Part shown: positions 35,419 to 36,635 of the stretch, one piece after another | How positions within the stretch are numbered: the stretch's first letter is position 1 | How the letters are laid out: every line of letters begins with the position of its first letter | Assembly: GCA_035267985.1 (NCBI GenBank) | Contig: DATFLG010000022.1 | Coordinates: 1-36,635 of the forward strand | Length of the DNA: 36,635 nucleotides | Direction: 5' to 3' | Source: Gammaproteobacteria bacterium | Lineage (GTDB): Bacteria > Pseudomonadota > Gammaproteobacteria > DATFLG01 | Notes under the pieces: generated by a model | The model's input: only the letters and a program-made list of their open reading frames with translations | Told to the model about the DNA's origin: nothing | Databases searched by the model: none | Translations under genes and position numbers: made by a program

Positions 35419-35871
35419 TCAGAGGCTCAGGGTGCTCAGGACTTCGGGCCCCGACCCCGCCAGCTCCTCGCCCTCGTACGCATCCCGCATCCGGGCCCAG
35501 GCTTCCTCGTTCCATATCTCGAACTTGTTGCCCATACCCGCGAGGATGACGCGCTTGTCCAGGTCGGCATACTCGCGCAGGGTCGCGGGAACGATGATGC
35601 GGCCATGGCCGTCCATCTCCACCTCCACCGCCTGACCCAGCATTCTGCGCTGGAGCCAGCGGGTCCTGCTGTCCTGGTTGGGCAGCCGTGTCAGCTTGCG
35701 CTGGACTTCTTCCCACTCGGGGTAGGGATACAGAGACAGGCAGCGGTCCACATGGTGCATCGTGACCGCCAGACGACCGTCACAGGAACTCATCAGGGAC
35801 TCCCGGAACCGCGTGGGCAGGGCCATGCGACCCTTCGCGTCCAGGTTGACGGGGTTACCACCGTAGAACAC
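35419..35871 (-). CDS. mraZ: Transcriptional regulator MraZ
   Basis: It has a GTG start at 35871 with AAGGGGG 5 nt upstream. The product begins [24 protein letters not shown] and has a second SpoVT/AbrB-like repeat [14 protein letters not shown]. Confidence 0.95.
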   Translation of the reverse strand: MFYGGNPVNLDAKGRMALPTRFRESLMSSCDGRLAVTMHHVDRCLSLYPYPEWEEVQRKLTRLPNQDSRTRWLQRRMLGQAVEVEMDGHGRIIVPATLREYADLDKRVILAGMGNKFEIWNEEAWARMRDAYEGEELAGSGPEVLSTLSL

Positions 35872-35888
35872 CGGAGCCCCCTTTGGAT

Positions 35889-35932
35889 CCCCAATTTCCC
35901 ATTTATATCCACTTTATCCCACTTTTCGCCAC
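35889..35932 (-). promoter_or_regulatory. MraZ-box array: five direct repeats of (G/A/T)TGG(C/G/A) with 10-bp phasing
   Basis: The minus strand reads AGTGGCGAAA AGTGGGATAA AGTGGATATA AATGGGAAAT TGGGGATCC. The TGG cores (plus-strand CCA) end at 35931, 35921, 35911, 35901 and 35893, giving spacings of 10, 10, 10 and 8. This matches the TGGGN direct-repeat operator with 5-nt spacers described for E. coli MraZ. Confidence 0.6.
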
Positions 35933-35960
35933 TATAGGTAGCCATCATGCACCATGTCAA
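35931..35960 (-). promoter_or_regulatory. Pmra sigma70-type promoter: -35 TTGACA, 18-nt spacer, -10 TATAGT
   Basis: The minus strand reads TTGACA (35960-35955) tggtgcatgatggctacc TATAGT (35936-35931). It lies about 60 nt upstream of the mraZ GTG. The MraZ boxes begin at or just downstream of the -10. Confidence 0.6.
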
Positions 35961-36133
35961 GGGAATTTGCCCCGAAGCACGAAAAATTCCTGCTGGAATG
36001 ACAGTAACTTAGGCTCGCCGGCCCCGGTGCCGGCGGGGGCGCGTCACAAAGAGGATCGCAAAATCATCGGGTTGTTCGAGAGAGCTACGGTGGCTTCTAA
36101 CATGGCGGATCCATGCGGCGCCGGCACAGGGAG

Positions 36134-36532
36134 TCAGACAGGATGGCCCGCCACCTGGGCCTGCAGACGTGCGGCAATGGCCCGGGCCATCTGCTGCCAC
36201 TGCCCGGCCAGGGGCTGGGGCAGCTCTGCGTCCACGGTCTCGGCGAACAGCGCCAGCCAGCGCCGGAAGTCCCCGGCCGTGAGCCCCAGGGGCTGATGCC
36301 GACCGACCATATCCACCGGGGCCGGGGCGGCCACCCGCCCGCCCATGGCCACCCACCAGAACTCGGCGATGCGGGCTTCGTGTTCGGCGAAATCCCCTAT
36401 GGCGGCAAAGTGCGGCGCCAGCACCGGATCGCGCCGCAGACGGTCATAGAAGTGATGGACAATGCGCTCGAGTCGGGCGCGACCGACCCTGTCGCACAGG
36501 GGAACCAGCTTGCGGTGGGATGGGGACGGCAT
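36134..36532 (-). CDS. Truncated (2-on-2) hemoglobin family protein, closest by eye to group III
   Basis: The 132-aa product has LERIVHHFYDRLRRDPVLAPHF...HEARIAEFWWVAMGG...GRHQPLGL...FRRWLALFAETV. This parallels the FY..V..D..L.P.F / FW / H..L / F..WL.LFEE pattern of Ctb-like trHbs, recalled from memory. No clear SD precedes ATG 36532. Confidence 0.65.
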   Translation of the reverse strand: MPSPSHRKLVPLCDRVGRARLERIVHHFYDRLRRDPVLAPHFAAIGDFAEHEARIAEFWWVAMGGRVAAPAPVDMVGRHQPLGLTAGDFRRWLALFAETVDAELPQPLAGQWQQMARAIAARLQAQVAGHPV

Positions 36533-36635
36533 CGGTACTGCCCGGCGGGCCGCCCGGGTCGGGCGGTCCGCCCCATGGGGGAAACCGCGCTTATGATATC
36601 AGGTATGGGAACCCAGCGGCGAGCCATCTGAACCG

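Noticed and set aside
36014-36037. A GC-rich hairpin downstream of the truncated-hemoglobin gene, considered as an intrinsic terminator.
   Set aside because: On the transcribed (minus) strand the stem has a C-A mismatch and is followed by GAGCCTAAGTTACTG rather than a U-tract. I cannot support a terminator call from sequence alone.

Overview
This is a high-GC gammaproteobacterial chromosome segment made up almost entirely of core housekeeping genes. At the left edge (1-3689, minus strand) a surface-glycan operon begins: Wzx-like flippase, then a PAPS-type sulfotransferase, then GT2, then a partial GT4-like gene. Divergent from it on the plus strand are the type IV pilus genes pilB-pilC-pilD, followed by coaE-zapD-yacG. 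From 9863 to 36532 nearly everything is on the minus strand. In coordinate order this stretch holds a hypothetical membrane-anchored protein, a MutT/Nudix-TenI fusion, argJ, secA, an M23 peptidase, a DUF721/DciA-like gene (plus strand), lpxC and a complete dcw cluster. The cluster, in transcription order, is mraZ-rsmH-ftsL-ftsI-murE-murF-mraY-murD-ftsW-murG-murC-murB-ddl-ftsQ-ftsA-ftsZ. It has a near-consensus Pmra promoter and an MraZ-box array, and a truncated-hemoglobin gene lies upstream of it. Gene order mirrors the E. coli 2-minute region. I saw no rRNA, tRNA, CRISPR array, transposase/integrase or recognisable defence genes. I do not see a convincing novel multi-gene system, and most of the window is ordinary. 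Four items are most worth follow-up. (i) An unannotated 25-codon hydrophobic mini-ORF with a consensus SD fills the anomalous mraY-murD gap. (ii) The sulfotransferase-containing glycan operon sits where pilA lies in Pseudomonas-type loci. (iii) The Nudix-TenI fusion is translationally coupled to a membrane-anchored protein. (iv) A head-to-head M23/DUF721 pair occupies the position of E. coli secM. Many long ORFs in the six-frame track are stop-poor high-GC artefacts, either antisense or N-terminally over-extended. I reassigned starts from conserved N-termini and from 4-nt ATGA/GTGA overlaps read directly in the sequence.
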